Positions 61,831 to 64,000 of a stretch of 64,000 nt of DNA are shown here, piece after piece. The notes below the pieces were generated by a model, which did not search any database, was not told where the DNA came from, and saw only the letters and a program-made list of their open reading frames with translations. Made by a program: the position numbers and the translations under genes. The DNA is taken from positions 34,038,001 through 34,102,000 of the forward strand of contig NC_135759.1 of assembly GCF_052425735.1 (NCBI RefSeq), written 5' to 3'. This DNA comes from Oculina patagonica (Eukaryota). The first letter of the stretch is position 1. The number at the start of each line of letters is the position of its first letter.

Positions 61831-63390
61831 GAAAAGAAAAACATCATCTTTCACTTTTTTATCAATCATCAGGCTTAACAAAATACCATTTCCATTTCCA
61901 CCATCGATTAAAAGAAATGTTACACAGTCCATTTAGCGGAAGAATCAATATTTTTGAGTCTGGGATTGAAAGAGTGAACAGAAAAAATCCTCGGTCGACA
62001 TCAATACTTGATATATTTAATTTATTTAAATTTAAATGATGTAATAAAAACCCAGCACAAAGTACATGAGAAAAGAGCAAAATTGCAGTAACAAGTTTGA
62101 ATGCTTCTTCTAGACTTTCAGTTACTTTGGAAGCAATGCAAAGAATAGCGAATTGAAAAGAAAGACCAACGCCTAGAACAGGCTACAAGTCTAATAAGTG
62201 GCAAAGTTCTATTTACTATTCAAAGCAAAGCGTTTTGTTTGATTTAATAACATGCGAAACTCGCTCAAACATGACACTTGTCCGCCCCGTTCTTTGTAGT
62301 TCGAGCTCTTTTGTGCATTTGTTTCACATTAGTTCTCTTCAAACTCCAGCAGGGTTTATTTTTGATAATATCTTTATAAAAAAAAAGTTTGATTGTTCGT
62401 ACAGTAAATGAGCGTCCTAATGTATCATCTCTCAGCTGGAGGGTTTTATGAATGTTTTTATTCCTTGCTGTGCCGAGCAACTGCATTTTTATTCTTCTTG
62501 TTTTTACCCCCAGGCTTTACATTTGAGTTATTATCTATTGTTTTTAAAATAATTAATTCGTATTTCAGTACGTTGCCACGTAAAAGCGTCTTGCAAATTA
62601 TGGAAGCAAATGTTCAGATGTTGTATAATTCCAAACGCTTTGAACTTAAGCTCTTTGCGAAATTTGCCTTCGAAAACAATGAACAAAATATACCTCTTTG
62701 GTGGTTTATCTAAAAAGAAATGAGTTTGTGACAGAAGGCGTTCCTTGTTCTAATTAACATACAATATTAACCGCAGGTAAAAACAAACTCGCCCTATCCT
62801 TGTTATCTTGAATGTTCTTGTAGAATTAGTCATTTTTTTATTTAAAGTGTTCCGTGCTTTCTGCTTCAAAATGGCATATAAATATTCATTCTTATTTATT
62901 TGGCAGGGAAAGCCGCTATTTTGGAAGCTGCAGAGTTACATGTCAAAATGTCGTGACTTTGATATATACTGATTCTAGAAAATACAGCTTTCCAGCACTT
63001 CGAAATTTGTGGAACATTCTTGTTTCTCTGAAATTGATGCTTGATTCGTCTCTGATATACAGTATTCAACACTCTTGCATACAATTTTAAGTTTTGTTTA
63101 GCATTCAAGTTTAAATGTTTAAAATATCTTATTATACTTTTTGTAATTTCATTTCTATTAAAGAATAACTTTTGCGGTTTTTCTCCACAATATTACGATA
63201 AATATATTTCCATCAAATTGCGTAAGTCATAAGCCAATATCTCGGTAATTATTATATTGAATGCTTCTCGCAGTACCTTTCCATAAAACCTAAAAGTAAG
63301 AATTTCCATTTGTTTGTGATCATTTTCGCTTGGTTGCAGAATTAAATGGCTACATTAAATTGAAACAAAAACTGAAAGACTGCGTTCGTT

Positions 63391-64000
63391 CTAGTCGTTT
63401 GCAGCACTAGTTGTAGGTTCCGCATCCTCGGATGGCCCTAATTTCTGTCGAACGCTGTTCCTTATAAATTGCAGTGCTTCAGTACTTTGTGTCATAAATT
63501 TGTCAAGTAAAGTTAAATTTCCACGGCTGCCTGATTTTGAAGGCAAATGCGTCAAGTTTCGCTTTCTATGGTTTCTTGTATGTGACAAATCCGATGTCGA
63601 CCGTGCTCTTCTACCTGCCAAAGGTGGTGTTCGCTTGGCCAACCCTTCCGCTGTTTCAACTCGTAAATCCCACTGGCTAGCTGCTGTTGAAGTGGGAAAC
63701 CGGCTAGATCTCAAACGATGCGTTTGCCGGGAGGTTTCCTCGTTAATTCTTAAATTACTCCTCGACAAGAGTTTAAAATCAAGTTGTGCCACCTCTGGTA
63801 GTCTTGAATACTCAGACAATAGCTGTACATCATCGTCGTCGTGCGATGGTTTCCCGTTCAAAACGCGCTCCGACCGCAACGCAATTAGCAGTGCTTGCTT
63901 CTGCGCTTGAGACTGGCGAAGCTGCGACTTCACCAGCCTTATCTCCGACGCCAGCTCGTTCTGCCTGTTCCTCATATCGTTCACTGTGTCTTCTAACGTT
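63391..64000 (-). CDS. Uncharacterised coiled-coil protein, 3' part (frame open past window end)
   Basis: Frame is open from the window edge (TLEDTVNDMRNRQNELASEIRLVKSQL...) to TAG at 63391; heptad segment followed by an R/S-rich disordered tail. Confidence 0.72.
   Translation of the reverse strand, partial: TLEDTVNDMRNRQNELASEIRLVKSQLRQSQAQKQALLIALRSERVLNGKPSHDDDDVQLLSEYSRLPEVAQLDFKLLSRSNLRINEETSRQTHRLRSSRFPTSTAASQWDLRVETAEGLAKRTPPLAGRRARSTSDLSHTRNHRKRNLTHLPSKSGSRGNLTLLDKFMTQSTEALQFIRNSVRQKLGPSEDAEPTTSAAND

Overview
AT-rich eukaryotic (animal) genomic DNA with GT-AG introns. The repeat landscape looks cnidarian, most likely a stony coral (inference). Genes reconstructed by hand: (1) the last four exons of mitochondrial SSBP1, which the ORF track misses; (2) an intronless Myb/SANT (MSANTD-like) gene; (3) two paralogous synaptotagmin-like genes (TM + 2xC2) that lack the Ca2+-binding aspartates; (4) an SLC46-family MFS transporter with a spliced uORF and one frameshift; (5) a small orphan gene; (6) an antisense coiled-coil gene apparently nested in an intron of the second synaptotagmin. 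The most notable feature is a tandem minus-strand cluster of four intronless, highly diverged charged-helix genes sharing a C-terminal S-x-[IV]-S-[RK]-x-[FH]-x-F-[ST]-Y-F motif. The first 15 kb is dominated by nested non-autonomous DNA transposons and a 5.1-kb spacer-less foldback element built from a 10/30-bp minisatellite. A hammerhead-ribozyme-like palindrome sits in an SSBP1 intron. No rRNA, intact tRNA or CRISPR array was seen. Several indels and one homopolymer stretch may be assembly errors. Coordinates were read by eye and may be off by a few bases for repeats.
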